Source: an uncultured Spirochaetota bacterium (GTDB lineage Bacteria; Spirochaetota; Spirochaetia; SZUA-6; Fen-1364). From it: 24,000 nt of DNA. The stretch is taken from positions 296,993-320,992 of the forward strand of contig CAVQAA010000025.1 of assembly GCA_963710335.1 (NCBI GenBank). Direction: 5' to 3'. Shown piece by piece: positions 1 to 8,364 of the stretch. Position numbers and translations under genes: made by a program. How positions within the stretch are numbered: position 1 is the stretch's first letter; each line of letters starts with the position of its first letter. The notes beneath the pieces are model-generated. The model searched no databases and was not told the origin of the DNA. It saw only the letters and a program-made list of their open reading frames with translations.

Positions 1-72
1 CTGGGCTCGCTGATGGACGCCCGTGAGGTAGCGGCAAACCGCGGACGCGGCCTCAAGGACATGTGGGGGTAG
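1..72 (+). CDS. rpsE: 30S ribosomal protein S5, C-terminal fragment (5' end outside window)
   Basis: Frame 1 reads LGSLMDAREVAANRGRGLKDMWG then TAG at 70-72. This resembles the S5 C-terminal tail (..EVAAxRGK..L). It sits directly upstream of L30, as in the spc operon. Confidence 0.75.
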   Translation: MGSLMDAREVAANRGRGLKDMWG

Positions 73-76
73 GCGC

Positions 77-265
77 ATGGCAGCAAACGTTCTGCGGATC
101 ACCCTCGTGCGCAGCACCATCGGGTGCCTGCCGGCGCACCGAAAGACAATCAAGGCGTTGGGCTTGCGCCGCATCGGCGCAGTCGTAGAGAAGGCCGCGA
201 CCCCGTCCATCCTTGGAATGGTTCGCGCCGTTTCCCACCTTCTCGAGGTGGAGGAGAAGGGCTGA
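77..265 (+). CDS. rpmD: 50S ribosomal protein L30
   Basis: 62-aa ORF, MAANVLRITLVRSTIGCLPAHRKTIKALGLRRIG..., a typical L30 sequence. It lies between S5 and L15. Confidence 0.9.
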   Translation: MAANVLRITLVRSTIGCLPAHRKTIKALGLRRIGAVVEKAATPSILGMVRAVSHLLEVEEKG

Positions 266-267
266 GT

Positions 268-705
268 ATGGAAGGATTTACTTTCCGGGCGCCGCGCGGG
301 CAGAAGAAGGAAAAGAGGCTGGGCAGGGGTGTCGGGTCCGGCCACGGCAAGACTGCCGGCAAGGGAACCAAGGGCCAGAAGTCGCGCGCCGGCGGCGGGA
401 AGCCTCGCATCGGCTTCGAGGGCGGCCAGATGCCGCTGTTTCGAAGGATAGCCAGGCGCGGGTTCTCCAATTATCCCTTCAAGAAGGAGTTCCAGGTGGT
501 CAACGTCTCCGACCTGAACAGGTTTGCGGACGGCGACACGGTGACTCCGGATACCCTGCGTGCCATCGGCCTGGCCAGGAAAAGGGGCGTGGCGGTGAAG
601 GTCCTCGGGGGAGGAGAGCTCACCAGAAAGGTCATTGTGCAGGATGCAAAGGTTTCGGCGGCCGCCCGTGAGAAGATTACGAAGATGGGCGGGCAGGTGA
701 AATAA
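268..705 (+). CDS. rplO: 50S ribosomal protein L15
   Basis: ATG at 268, 2 nt after the L30 stop. MEGFTFRAPRGQKKEKRLGRGVGSGHGKTAGKGTKGQKSRAGG... is the Gly/Lys-rich L15 N-terminus. The track ORF start at 124 is an out-of-context upstream extension overlapping rpmD. Confidence 0.93.
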   Translation: MEGFTFRAPRGQKKEKRLGRGVGSGHGKTAGKGTKGQKSRAGGGKPRIGFEGGQMPLFRRIARRGFSNYPFKKEFQVVNVSDLNRFADGDTVTPDTLRAIGLARKRGVAVKVLGGGELTRKVIVQDAKVSAAAREKITKMGGQVK

Positions 706-2024
706 TGGCGAATCCGATTGTCGACATCTTTCGCGTCAAGGAGCTGAGGGACCGCATCCTCTTCACCATCGGTATACTCGTCATCTACCGGCTGGGGACC
801 ATCCTGCCGGTGCCAGGGGTCAACATTGCGGCGCTGAAGCTCTACTTCGCCTCGCAGGGAACCTCAGGGGCCATGGGAATCGAGGACTTCCTCGACTTCT
901 TCGCGGGCGGGGCGTTCAAGAACTTCTCCATCCTGATGCTCTCCATCATGCCGTACATCTCGATGTCGATCATCATGCAGCTGGTCACCATCGTGTTCCC
1001 CAAGCTGAAGAAGATCTCCGAGGAGGAAGGCGGGAAGAAGAAGATCAACCGCTGGACGCGCTACGGTACGGTGCTGGTCTGTATCATCCAGTCCTACACG
1101 GTGACCGTGTACGCAAACAGGATCCCCGACGCCATCTCCATGGGCCGGATCCCCTTCATCCTGCTGGCCATGCTGACCATCACGACGGGCACGATGTTCC
1201 TCATGTGGCTCGGTGACCAGATCACGCGGCGAGGGATCGGCAACGGGATCTCCATGATCATTTTCGCGGGCATCGTTGCGCGCATTCCCGGCGCATTGTG
1301 GACGCTCGTCCAGTCCATCCAGCGCCGCGAGCTGAACCCGGTGTTCGTGATCATCGTCCTGCTCCTCTTCGTGGTGGTTGTGGCGCTCGTCATCATCGAG
1401 CAGCAGGGTCAGAGGAAGATCCCGGTCCACTACGCGAAACGGGTCATCGGCAGAAGGATGTACGGGGCGCAGAACACGTACCTGCCGTTCAAGGTGAACC
1501 CGTCGGGGGTCATCCCGGTGATCTTCGCCTCCTCGGTCCTGATCTTCCCCATCCAGATAGCCCAGAACCTCGGCGCGCGGGTGGAGTGGCTTTCGCGGTT
1601 CGCTGCCTGGTTGCATCCGCAGGGCCTTCCCTACGTGGTGATGTATGCGCTGCTGATCATATTCTTCGCGTATTTCTACACCCAGGTCACGTTGAACCCC
1701 GTGGAAATATCGAAGCACATCAGGGAAAACGGGGGTTCCATTCCGGGAATCCGCAGCGAAAAGATGGAGGAATATCTCTCGCGAATACTCTACCGGATCA
1801 TCCTCCCCGGTTCGTTGTTCCTCGCCTTCATAGCCGTCATACCGACGCTGGTGCAGACGCTCTTCCGTTTCCCCAGCGCCATTGCGTATCTCATGGGAGG
1901 AACATCGCTTCTGATTCTGGTCGGAGTGGACCTGGACACGATGTCACAGATTGAAGGGTACCTGCGCATGCACCATCACGAAGGCATCGTGAAGAGGGGC
2001 AAGATACGCTCCCGGAATCTGTAG
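705..2024 (+). CDS. secY: Preprotein translocase subunit SecY
   Basis: 439-aa polytopic membrane protein with a SecY-like sequence throughout (e.g. [29 protein letters not shown]). The start overlaps the rplO stop (TAATG). Confidence 0.97.
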   Translation: MANPIVDIFRVKELRDRILFTIGILVIYRLGTILPVPGVNIAALKLYFASQGTSGAMGIEDFLDFFAGGAFKNFSILMLSIMPYISMSIIMQLVTIVFPKLKKISEEEGGKKKINRWTRYGTVLVCIIQSYTVTVYANRIPDAISMGRIPFILLAMLTITTGTMFLMWLGDQITRRGIGNGISMIIFAGIVARIPGALWTLVQSIQRRELNPVFVIIVLLLFVVVVALVIIEQQGQRKIPVHYAKRVIGRRMYGAQNTYLPFKVNPSGVIPVIFASSVLIFPIQIAQNLGARVEWLSRFAAWLHPQGLPYVVMYALLIIFFAYFYTQVTLNPVEISKHIRENGGSIPGIRSEKMEEYLSRILYRIILPGSLFLAFIAVIPTLVQTLFRFPSAIAYLMGGTSLLILVGVDLDTMSQIEGYLRMHHHEGIVKRGKIRSRNL

Positions 2025-2055
2025 GAGGGGGCATGATGCGAACGGAGGCTTTGTC

Positions 2056-2169
2056 ATGAAAGTGCGGGTGAGCGTGAAGCCGATCTGCGACAAGTGCAAG
2101 GTGATCAGGCGCAGGGGCGTCGTGCGCATCATATGCACGAACCCCAAGCACAAGCAGCGCCAGCGGTAG
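2056..2169 (+). CDS. rpmJ: 50S ribosomal protein L36 (Cys/His zinc-ribbon form)
   Basis: Not in the ORF track because it is too short. ATG 2056 is preceded by GGAGG at 2044-2048. It translates to [37 protein letters not shown], stop TAG 2167-2169. This is canonical L36 with CxxC...C...H. Confidence 0.93.
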   Translation: MKVRVSVKPICDKCKVIRRRGVVRIICTNPKHKQRQR

Positions 2170-2185
2170 GGCGAAGGAGACAGGA

Positions 2186-2554
2186 ATGGCACGTATTGCG
2201 GGCGTGGATCTTCCCAACAAGCATCTCGACGTGGCACTGACGTACATCTACGGGATCGGCGTCACTTCCGCGCGGAAGATCTGCGCCGCCACCGGCGTGG
2301 ATCCCGAGAAGCGGACGAATGACCTCTCTCCGGATGAGGTCAATAAGCTGCGGACCGTCATCGAAAGCGACTACAAGGTGGAAGGGAGGCTGCGAACCGA
2401 GGTCTCCCTGAACATAAAGCGGCTCATGGATATCGGCTGCTACCGGGGGATCCGCCATCGCCGCGGCCTGCCGGTACGGGGCCAGCGGACAAAGACGAAC
2501 GCAAGGACCCGCAAGGGCAAGCGGAAGACGGTTGCAGGGAAGAGGAAGAAATAG
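2186..2554 (+). CDS. rpsM: 30S ribosomal protein S13
   Basis: [25 protein letters not shown]... is canonical S13. AAGGAG at 2174-2179 precedes the ATG. Confidence 0.97.
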   Translation: MARIAGVDLPNKHLDVALTYIYGIGVTSARKICAATGVDPEKRTNDLSPDEVNKLRTVIESDYKVEGRLRTEVSLNIKRLMDIGCYRGIRHRRGLPVRGQRTKTNARTRKGKRKTVAGKRKK

Positions 2555-2556
2555 CA

Positions 2557-2940
2557 ATGGCCAAGACGAAGGGCAAGAAGGAAAAGAAAAAGAATATAGC
2601 GGAAGGGAAGGCGTATATTCAGGCCACCTTCAACAACACCATAGTGACCATCACGGATCTCATGGGAAACACCATCTCATGGGCGTCCGCCGGCGGACTT
2701 GGATTCAAGGGCGCCAAGAAATCGACGCCTTTTGCCGCGCAGACAACTGCGGAGTCGGCCGCCAGCAAGGCCATGGAGCAGGGGCTTCGCGAGCTGGTGG
2801 TCCTCGTCAGGGGTCCCGGGGTCGGCAGCGAGGCCGCCATCCGAGCTTTTGGTGTCCTGGGGATCAGGGTGCGTTCCATCAAGGATATCACGCCGATCCC
2901 TCACAACGGTTGCCGGCCTCCGAAGAAGCGCCGGGTGTAG
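2557..2940 (+). CDS. rpsK: 30S ribosomal protein S11
   Basis: 127 aa. ..[46 protein letters not shown].. is canonical S11. Confidence 0.97.
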   Translation: MAKTKGKKEKKKNIAEGKAYIQATFNNTIVTITDLMGNTISWASAGGLGFKGAKKSTPFAAQTTAESAASKAMEQGLRELVVLVRGPGVGSEAAIRAFGVLGIRVRSIKDITPIPHNGCRPPKKRRV

Positions 2941-2952
2941 GGAGGACAGACA

Positions 2953-3588
2953 GTGGGAAGGAACATCGGACCCCAGTGCAGGTTGTGCAGGGCCCAGGGA
3001 TACAAGCTCTATTTGAAAGGTGACAGGTGCAAGGGCCCCAAGTGCCCCGTGACCAGGAAGAAAGGCGCACCGGGCAAAGGGCCGCGCAGCCGCACCAAGA
3101 AGATATCCGACTACGGTGTGCAGCTGCATGAGAAGCAGAAGCTGAAGAGGATGTACGGAATGCTGGAAGGCCAGTTCCGCCTGTTCTTCGGCAAGGCCGT
3201 GCGCAGGAAGGGGATCACGGGGGAGAACCTCATCCAGATGCTGGAGAGGAGACTCGACAATGTCGTCTACCGGATGCACCTGGCCCCCTCGCGCAAGTCA
3301 GCGCGGCAGCTTGTCCTGCATGGCCACATCGCCGTCAATGGCAAGAGGGCGTCCATTCCCTCCTTGCTCGTCAAGGAGAATGACGAGATTTCCGTCCGCG
3401 AGCCCAGCACGAAGCTCACGGCGATCAAGGAGAGCCTGAAGGAATATTCCCGGGCAGGAATCGTGCCCTGGCTCGAGATCGACCCGGACAGGATGGTAGG
3501 AAAGATCCGTGCCATTCCCCGGCGCAGCGAGATCACTGACTTGTCGGATGTCAGAGAGCAGTTGATCGTCGAGCTGTATTCGAAGTGA
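2953..3588 (+). CDS. rpsD: 30S ribosomal protein S4 (four-Cys zinc-ribbon N-terminus)
   Basis: GTG start. MGRNIGPQCRLCRAQGYKLYLKGDRCKGPKC... followed by an S4 RNA-binding domain (LERRLDNVVYRMHLAPSRKSARQLVLHGHIAVNGKR). Confidence 0.95.
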   Translation: MGRNIGPQCRLCRAQGYKLYLKGDRCKGPKCPVTRKKGAPGKGPRSRTKKISDYGVQLHEKQKLKRMYGMLEGQFRLFFGKAVRRKGITGENLIQMLERRLDNVVYRMHLAPSRKSARQLVLHGHIAVNGKRASIPSLLVKENDEISVREPSTKLTAIKESLKEYSRAGIVPWLEIDPDRMVGKIRAIPRRSEITDLSDVREQLIVELYSK

Positions 3589-3598
3589 GGTCTTGTCA

Positions 3599-4699
3599 AT
3601 GGTCCGCAAGAACCTTCTGAAGGGCTTCAAGAAACCCAAGGGCATCACCTTCGAGCACAGCGAGGTGGAGGCCAACTACGGACGTTTTGTCGCTTATCCC
3701 TTCGAGCGGGGATACGGCGTCACCATCGGCAACACCCTCCGCAGGATTCTCCTGTCTTCCATCCAGGGATGTGCGGTGTCCGCCGTGAAGATCACGACGT
3801 ACAAGGACGACGGGAGTCCGCATACCATTGCCAGCGAGTACGAGCCCATCCCCCACGTCGTTGAGGACACCCCGGACTTCATCAACAACCTGAAGCAGGT
3901 TCAGGTGAGGCTGAGCGGGGACCTGGAGGAGAAGACCGTCATCGTGGAGGCCAAAGGCGCGCGCACCATCTACGCGAAGGACCTTGCCTCCGACAACGAC
4001 ATCGAAGTTGTCAACGGGGACTTCCCCATTGCCACGCTGATGGACAAGGCCAACCTCGAGTTCGAAGTGCAGATCAACCTGGGACGCGGGTACGTTCCCG
4101 CCGAAAGGAATGAGAAGTACATCGAGGTGATCGGCACCATCCCCATCGACGCAATCTTCTCCCCCATCCAGAAGGTGAAGTACAACGTCGAAAACACGCG
4201 GGTGGGGCAGAGAACGGACTACGACAAGCTGATCCTGGAGATCTGGACCAACGGGACGATCACCCCGGATGACGCCCTGGCTGAGGCCGCGAAGATCGCC
4301 AAGGACCACTTCACCATCTTCATCAATTTCGACGAGTCCGAGGCCGGGGGAGACGACGAGGTGGATGAGGATGAGGAGCGCATTCGGGCGCTGCTCGACA
4401 CCCCCGTGGAGGAGCTGGAGCTCTCGGTGCGGTCCAGCAACTGCCTGCGGAACGCGAACATCCGTACAATCGGGGACCTCACGAAGAAGACCGAAGAGGA
4501 AATCACGAAAACCCGCAATTTCGGGAAAAAGAGCTTGCAGGAGATCCGGGACAAGCTCCAGGCGCGGGGCCTGGACCTCGGTATGAAGGATTATTCTGCC
4601 CTGAAGAAGCAACTGAAGAAGCTGGGGGAGACGCAGCCGGCTTCCGCCCCGAGCGCCGGAGCAGTGGCACTGGGAGAAGAGAATGAATCATCGGAGTGA
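3599..4699 (+). CDS. rpoA: DNA-directed RNA polymerase alpha subunit
   Basis: N-terminal domain ([25 protein letters not shown]) and C-terminal domain ([22 protein letters not shown]) are canonical. I prefer ATG 3599 (GAGG at 3587-3590, 8-nt spacer) over the track's TTG at 3593. There is a short Ala/Ser/Glu-rich C-terminal tail. Confidence 0.95.
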   Translation: MVRKNLLKGFKKPKGITFEHSEVEANYGRFVAYPFERGYGVTIGNTLRRILLSSIQGCAVSAVKITTYKDDGSPHTIASEYEPIPHVVEDTPDFINNLKQVQVRLSGDLEEKTVIVEAKGARTIYAKDLASDNDIEVVNGDFPIATLMDKANLEFEVQINLGRGYVPAERNEKYIEVIGTIPIDAIFSPIQKVKYNVENTRVGQRTDYDKLILEIWTNGTITPDDALAEAAKIAKDHFTIFINFDESEAGGDDEVDEDEERIRALLDTPVEELELSVRSSNCLRNANIRTIGDLTKKTEEEITKTRNFGKKSLQEIRDKLQARGLDLGMKDYSALKKQLKKLGETQPASAPSAGAVALGEENESSE

Positions 4700-5096
4700 C
4701 TACAACAGGCTGGGCCGGACCTCGGCTCATCGCAAAGCCCTCCTGAAGAGTCAGGCAAAGGCGCTTTTCCGCTATGAGAGGATCCGCACGACGGTCTCCA
4801 AGGCCAAGGAAGCGCGCCGCCTCGCGGAGAAGCTTATCACGAGGGCAAAAGTCGACTCGGTTCACAACAGGCGGATCGCCCAACGCGCCATTGACGACGG
4901 CCGGATCCTGAACAAGCTTTTTACGGACATCGCGCCTCGCTACGCCCAGAGACCGGGCGGCTACACCAGGATACTGAAGATGGGACGCCGCTTCGGCGAC
5001 GCCTCCGAAATGGTCATCCTGGAGCTTGTGGATCGCAAGGAAAGGGAGAGGAAGCGCAAGAAGAAGGAAGCTCAGGAAGCGGCAAAGGAGGGCTGA
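4683..5096 (+). CDS. rplQ: 50S ribosomal protein L17
   Basis: [37 protein letters not shown]... is canonical L17. GGAG at 4672-4675. It overlaps the rpoA 3' end by 17 nt. Lys/Glu-rich tail. Confidence 0.95.
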   Translation: MNHRSDYNRLGRTSAHRKALLKSQAKALFRYERIRTTVSKAKEARRLAEKLITRAKVDSVHNRRIAQRAIDDGRILNKLFTDIAPRYAQRPGGYTRILKMGRRFGDASEMVILELVDRKERERKRKKKEAQEAAKEG

Positions 5097-5144
5097 AAGC
5101 CCTTCCAGCTGCAACGCGCGCCTGGGGCTATGGCCACCACCCCC

Positions 5145-5174
5145 TTTCGCCGATAGACAGAGAGAAGGTATACT
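5145..5174 (+). promoter_or_regulatory. Candidate promoter: TATACT -10 (5169-5174) with a weak -35 (TTTCGC 5145-5150), 8 nt upstream of ATG 5183
   Basis: The -10 hexamer is identical to the ptsI promoter, with the same 8-nt distance to the ATG. There is no Shine-Dalgarno in the 8 nt. The -35 is poor, so support is moderate only. Confidence 0.4.
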
Positions 5175-5182
5175 GTTTCTCG

Positions 5183-8100
5183 ATGCGGCAAAGTCTCAAG
5201 GTCGCCATAAGCTTGCTCATTTCAATTGTCCTGTTCGCCGGGTTCAGCGTCCTTGCTTTTTCCGGGCTCTTCGACATCCTGCAGGCCAGCTTCTTCCTTC
5301 CCCGTGTCGAACAGGGGTACCAGCAACAGCTTGCCGTCCTTGGGGACAGGATTGAGAAGTACCACGCCGCGAACCTCGAGCGATTTTCGACGCTTGCCAG
5401 GAAAGACTTCGTCTCCGCCTCCTTTGAGACAAACCTTCCCGCGGAGGTGATGAGCCAGTGGGCGGACGCCATAGCCAACCTGAAGGTTTCCGCGGTGCGG
5501 GTCCTGGCGCCGGACGGACAGAAAATCGTTTTCAGCTCAATAGCCTCGGACGCAAAGGATCAGAGGCCTGACCGGTTTGCATACCGCAACTACGGGGAGG
5601 TCGACCAGGCCGTCCCGTCCATCTCCATCGTTTTGGGTGCCGGGGATCAGCCGAGACTCTTCATCGACGGCAACCAGGGCAGGTTCCTCTACCTCGTGCC
5701 AGTCTACCAGGCTGCTTCCCGAGGGGGAGGGGCTCAGCTTTTCAAGGGAACGGCCGTCTTCTATGTCGATTCGCTGGATCTCCTCAGAGATCTGCAGCTC
5801 ATGCCGCAGGTTCCCGTTACCAGCGTCGTGCTGGTCCAGAACGAAGGCGTCCTCCTCAATTTCACGGCAGCTGACCCGAAACCCGTCACGGCCGCCCTGC
5901 AGGCAACCTGGCAGGCCCATGCAGGCTCTTCTTCATTCACGTCTCCGCTGGCGCTGACCCGGGAAGGGGGCAGGACGGGCTCTTTCCTGTCTTTCTCCCT
6001 TCGACTCACGCAGGGCGGCGTGGCGAGCCTCCTCGTCGATGCGTCGGTATTTGAAATGACGGACCTCATGAAGGGCCTCCTCCTGGGCACGTTTTTTCTT
6101 ACCGTCTTTCTCATTGTTTACCTTCTTATCAACCTGAGGTCGGACCCCCTTGATGTGCTGCGCCAGAGAGTGAAGCGCTTCCAGGTTCAGCTCATCACGG
6201 AGCTGGTTGAAGGGCCGGGCGGAACGGACTGGAGCAGATGGCGTCGGGAGCTGGAGTCGCGCCAGGGGGAGATCACGTGGCAGATCCAGAGAGGCATCGG
6301 CAGAGTCTCACGCAGGCAGAAACCCCTGGTCGATGAGTACATGTCCAAGAGCTGGAACGAGATCCTGGACCTTCTCTCCCGGAGAGCTGAGACCCCGCAG
6401 CCCCCGGTCGTGGGTGCCCTGGATATCTCCCGGCTGGAAAGCCTGATCAGGAGCGCCTTGCAGAATGAGTCTTTCAAACGCAGTCTGCCCGCTCGCGAAA
6501 CACGCGCCGCGCGCGGGGAAACCTCGGAAGCAACCTCAGCAGCGCAAGGACCCGGTATTGAAGCGGTTGAGCCGGCAGAAGAGGCCGAGGCAGTAGAAGA
6601 GGCTGAGGCGGTAGAAGAGGCTGAGGCAGTAGAAGAGGCTGAGGCGGTAGAAGAGGCCGAGGCAGTGGAAGAAGCCGAGGCGGTAGAAGAGGCCGAGGCG
6701 GTGGAAGAAGCCGAGGCGGTAGAAGAAGCCGAGGCGGTAGAAGAGGCCGAGGCAGTCGAGGCTCCCGCGGTTTCTGATAAGGCCGAAGCCACTCAAGAAG
6801 AACCCGAGCTCGCCCAAGAGCTTGAAGAGGTGCCGTCCTTCGATGAAGGCGGCGTCGCGGAATTTGGCCTGCCGCAGCATGCGAAAGTCGGAGCCGTTGA
6901 TAGCGGCCGCATGCAGGGGGAGGGCGCGCTTTCCGCGCGGGCGACCCGTGAGCCGTTGATGGCACCCGCGGCCACTGAACCGGAAACGTTCCTGATGGAC
7001 TCACCGGATGAGGTTCTGGAAGAGCTTGAGGCCCTTCCAGATATACGACCGCTGCCGCCTTTGCCCTTTGAGGAAGGACTCGAGTTGCTACCGGCAGCCG
7101 AAAATGAGGAGTCGACGGCACGACTCACGGACGAGGGAGCTCTAATGAGAGACGGCGAAAGCGAAGAATCAGGCGCTTCGGATTACCCGGATCTGAAACG
7201 CCTTGAAGAGCTTTCCGATGTGGAGGAGCTTTCCGATGTCGACGAGATCGAAGACGTGGAATTTGACATGACGACGCTGACGACGGTCGAACCAGGGAAC
7301 CTTCCGGAGGAGCAGGAGCTGGGGGAGCTGGAGACCATTGATGAAGCAATGGCCGCCGTGGAGCCGGGGAGCACAAATGAGCTTTCCCTCGAGGACAAAC
7401 AAGCTGAGCTGACGAAACTCCTTGCAAACGGAGCCATCAAGACATGGACCATAGGTGAAATGCTTCATCTTGTGGAGGAAAGCAGATCCACCATCGTCAT
7501 GGAGGACGGCGTATTCAGGATCAAGGAGGAGGTCTATGGGCCCGGCAACCATGAAGACAAGCAGTTCGCGCCCGAGGCTTCCCGCAACGGAGGGCTGCGC
7601 GAGATCGCTCAAGAAGTGGTTTCCCACATGTCGGCCCAGGGCCAGGATGGTTCCCAGTCGGGAATAGGGGATATCATCAGCGATGCTGCGGTTTTTGACT
7701 TCCCTGCGGAGATGCCGAGGCAGTCCGGGACCCGCGATGAGGAGCTTTCCGGTGACCGGGAAAAGACATCCCCGATCAAGCTTACCAGAAGCGGGATAGA
7801 TTATGATGATTTTCTCTCCAACTACCCTCGATCGATCAGCCAGACCCAGCAGATGAAGTCTCTGGTCGAAGTCTCCCGCCGCGTGGCGGCCGTCAGCGCA
7901 GGGATGCTGGTCAAGGGACAGAGCGGCTATTCCCTGGAGCTGACCGTCGGCCTCAACGAAAAAAGCCGACAGCAACTGCATTTCGACCCAAGAGACCCGT
8001 TCAACTCGTTCTTCGCAGACCGGAAGGCGGTTGCCGTTGATAGAAATCCGTCAGATCTGCAAACCTGGAAGGTCCTCATCGACCAGGAGGATCTGCGCTA

Positions 8101-8224
8101 TATAAAAAGGATTCTCATAATTCCCGCCGCATTCCATTCTCAAGAAGCCTATCTTTTCCTTGCGTTCGCGGCTGACACTGACGTTGTCTTGAAGGGGATT
8201 TTTTCCAAGCTGCTGATCCGATGA
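5183..8224 (+). CDS. Hypothetical two-TM sensor-like membrane protein with an acidic repeat-containing cytoplasmic region (1013 aa)
   Basis: Long ORF with consistent GC3 coding bias. TM1 is near the N-terminus (VAISLLISIVLFAGFSVLAF). An extracytoplasmic segment of about 270 aa follows. TM2 is at nt 6074-6136 (GLLLGTFFLTVFLIVYLLINL). Then come a juxtamembrane helix, an (EEAEAV)n repeat, a long E/D/L/P-rich region and a non-acidic C-terminal domain. I recognise no family. Confidence 0.85.
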   Translation: MRQSLKVAISLLISIVLFAGFSVLAFSGLFDILQASFFLPRVEQGYQQQLAVLGDRIEKYHAANLERFSTLARKDFVSASFETNLPAEVMSQWADAIANLKVSAVRVLAPDGQKIVFSSIASDAKDQRPDRFAYRNYGEVDQAVPSISIVLGAGDQPRLFIDGNQGRFLYLVPVYQAASRGGGAQLFKGTAVFYVDSLDLLRDLQLMPQVPVTSVVLVQNEGVLLNFTAADPKPVTAALQATWQAHAGSSSFTSPLALTREGGRTGSFLSFSLRLTQGGVASLLVDASVFEMTDLMKGLLLGTFFLTVFLIVYLLINLRSDPLDVLRQRVKRFQVQLITELVEGPGGTDWSRWRRELESRQGEITWQIQRGIGRVSRRQKPLVDEYMSKSWNEILDLLSRRAETPQPPVVGALDISRLESLIRSALQNESFKRSLPARETRAARGETSEATSAAQGPGIEAVEPAEEAEAVEEAEAVEEAEAVEEAEAVEEAEAVEEAEAVEEAEAVEEAEAVEEAEAVEEAEAVEAPAVSDKAEATQEEPELAQELEEVPSFDEGGVAEFGLPQHAKVGAVDSGRMQGEGALSARATREPLMAPAATEPETFLMDSPDEVLEELEALPDIRPLPPLPFEEGLELLPAAENEESTARLTDEGALMRDGESEESGASDYPDLKRLEELSDVEELSDVDEIEDVEFDMTTLTTVEPGNLPEEQELGELETIDEAMAAVEPGSTNELSLEDKQAELTKLLANGAIKTWTIGEMLHLVEESRSTIVMEDGVFRIKEEVYGPGNHEDKQFAPEASRNGGLREIAQEVVSHMSAQGQDGSQSGIGDIISDAAVFDFPAEMPRQSGTRDEELSGDREKTSPIKLTRSGIDYDDFLSNYPRSISQTQQMKSLVEVSRRVAAVSAGMLVKGQSGYSLELTVGLNEKSRQQLHFDPRDPFNSFFADRKAVAVDRNPSDLQTWKVLIDQEDLRYIKRILIIPAAFHSQEAYLFLAFAADTDVVLKGIFSKLLIR
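6560..6757 (+). repeat. 18-bp in-frame tandem repeat: 10 perfect-period copies (6578-6757) encoding EEAEAV, plus one degenerate leading copy (6560-6577, EAVEPA)
   Basis: Read directly: GAA GAR GCY GAG GCR GTN repeated head to tail. Every inter-copy difference is at a third codon position and is synonymous. Confidence 0.97.
7205..7258 (+). repeat. Three further in-frame 18-bp hexad units (EELSDV, EELSDV, DEIEDV)
   Basis: gaagagctttccgatgtg / gaggagctttccgatgtc / gacgagatcgaagacgtg. They have the same 6-aa period and the same acidic-acidic-x-x-x-Val pattern as the 6578-6757 array. Confidence 0.7.
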
Positions 8225-8259
8225 TCGACGCGCCAAAGTGTGTCACAACGACACAAAGG

Positions 8260-8281
8260 CGGTAATAACTCGGTCATAACT
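8260..8281 (+). repeat. 11-bp tandem direct repeat CGGTAATAACT / CGGTCATAACT upstream of the rny promoter
   Basis: Read directly: 10/11 identical, one helical turn apart, ending 20 bp upstream of the -35 hexamer at 8302. Confidence 0.6.
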
Positions 8282-8301
8282 GCCTCAATATTGGGTCACC
8301 C

Positions 8302-8330
8302 TTGACAAACCAACCAAACTGACTTACTCT
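8302..8330 (+). promoter_or_regulatory. Candidate sigma70-type promoter for rny: TTGACA (8302-8307), 17 bp spacer, TACTCT (8325-8330)
   Basis: Perfect -35 consensus with a 17-bp spacer and a TAnnnT -10. It lies in the most AT-rich intergenic stretch of the window, about 35 nt upstream of the rny ATG, which has a GGAGG SD. Confidence 0.55.
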
Positions 8331-8364
8331 ATCATTGACTTAGTGCACGCGTGTGGAGGAAGAC

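Noticed and set aside
124-267. Upstream extensions of track ORFs: L15 from 124, tlyA from 10679, MerR ORF from 15177, secreted protein from 17020, giant gene from 18559
   Set aside because: Each extension overlaps the preceding conserved gene or a promoter, and encodes Arg/Pro-rich junk. Each is followed by an internal ATG with a proper RBS, signal peptide or TM that matches family N-termini.
864-4612. Minus-strand ORFs of 284 aa (864-1718), 200 aa (2677-3279) and 338 aa (3596-4612)
   Set aside because: They are antisense to secY, rpsK/rpsD and rpoA respectively, all of which are unambiguous conserved genes.
5087-5105. Possible intrinsic terminators: a stem-loop over the rplQ stop codon (5087-5105), TGTGTC-acaac-GACACA (8239-8255) and CGCCC-tggcc-GGGCG (18536-18550)
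   Set aside because: The stems are short (5-8 bp) and none is followed by a U-tract. I cannot support them as Rho-independent terminators from sequence alone.
6560-6757. Possible CRISPR array or non-coding minisatellite
   Set aside because: The units are contiguous with no spacers and only 18 bp long. They are in frame within a long ORF with purely synonymous variation. It is a coding tandem repeat.
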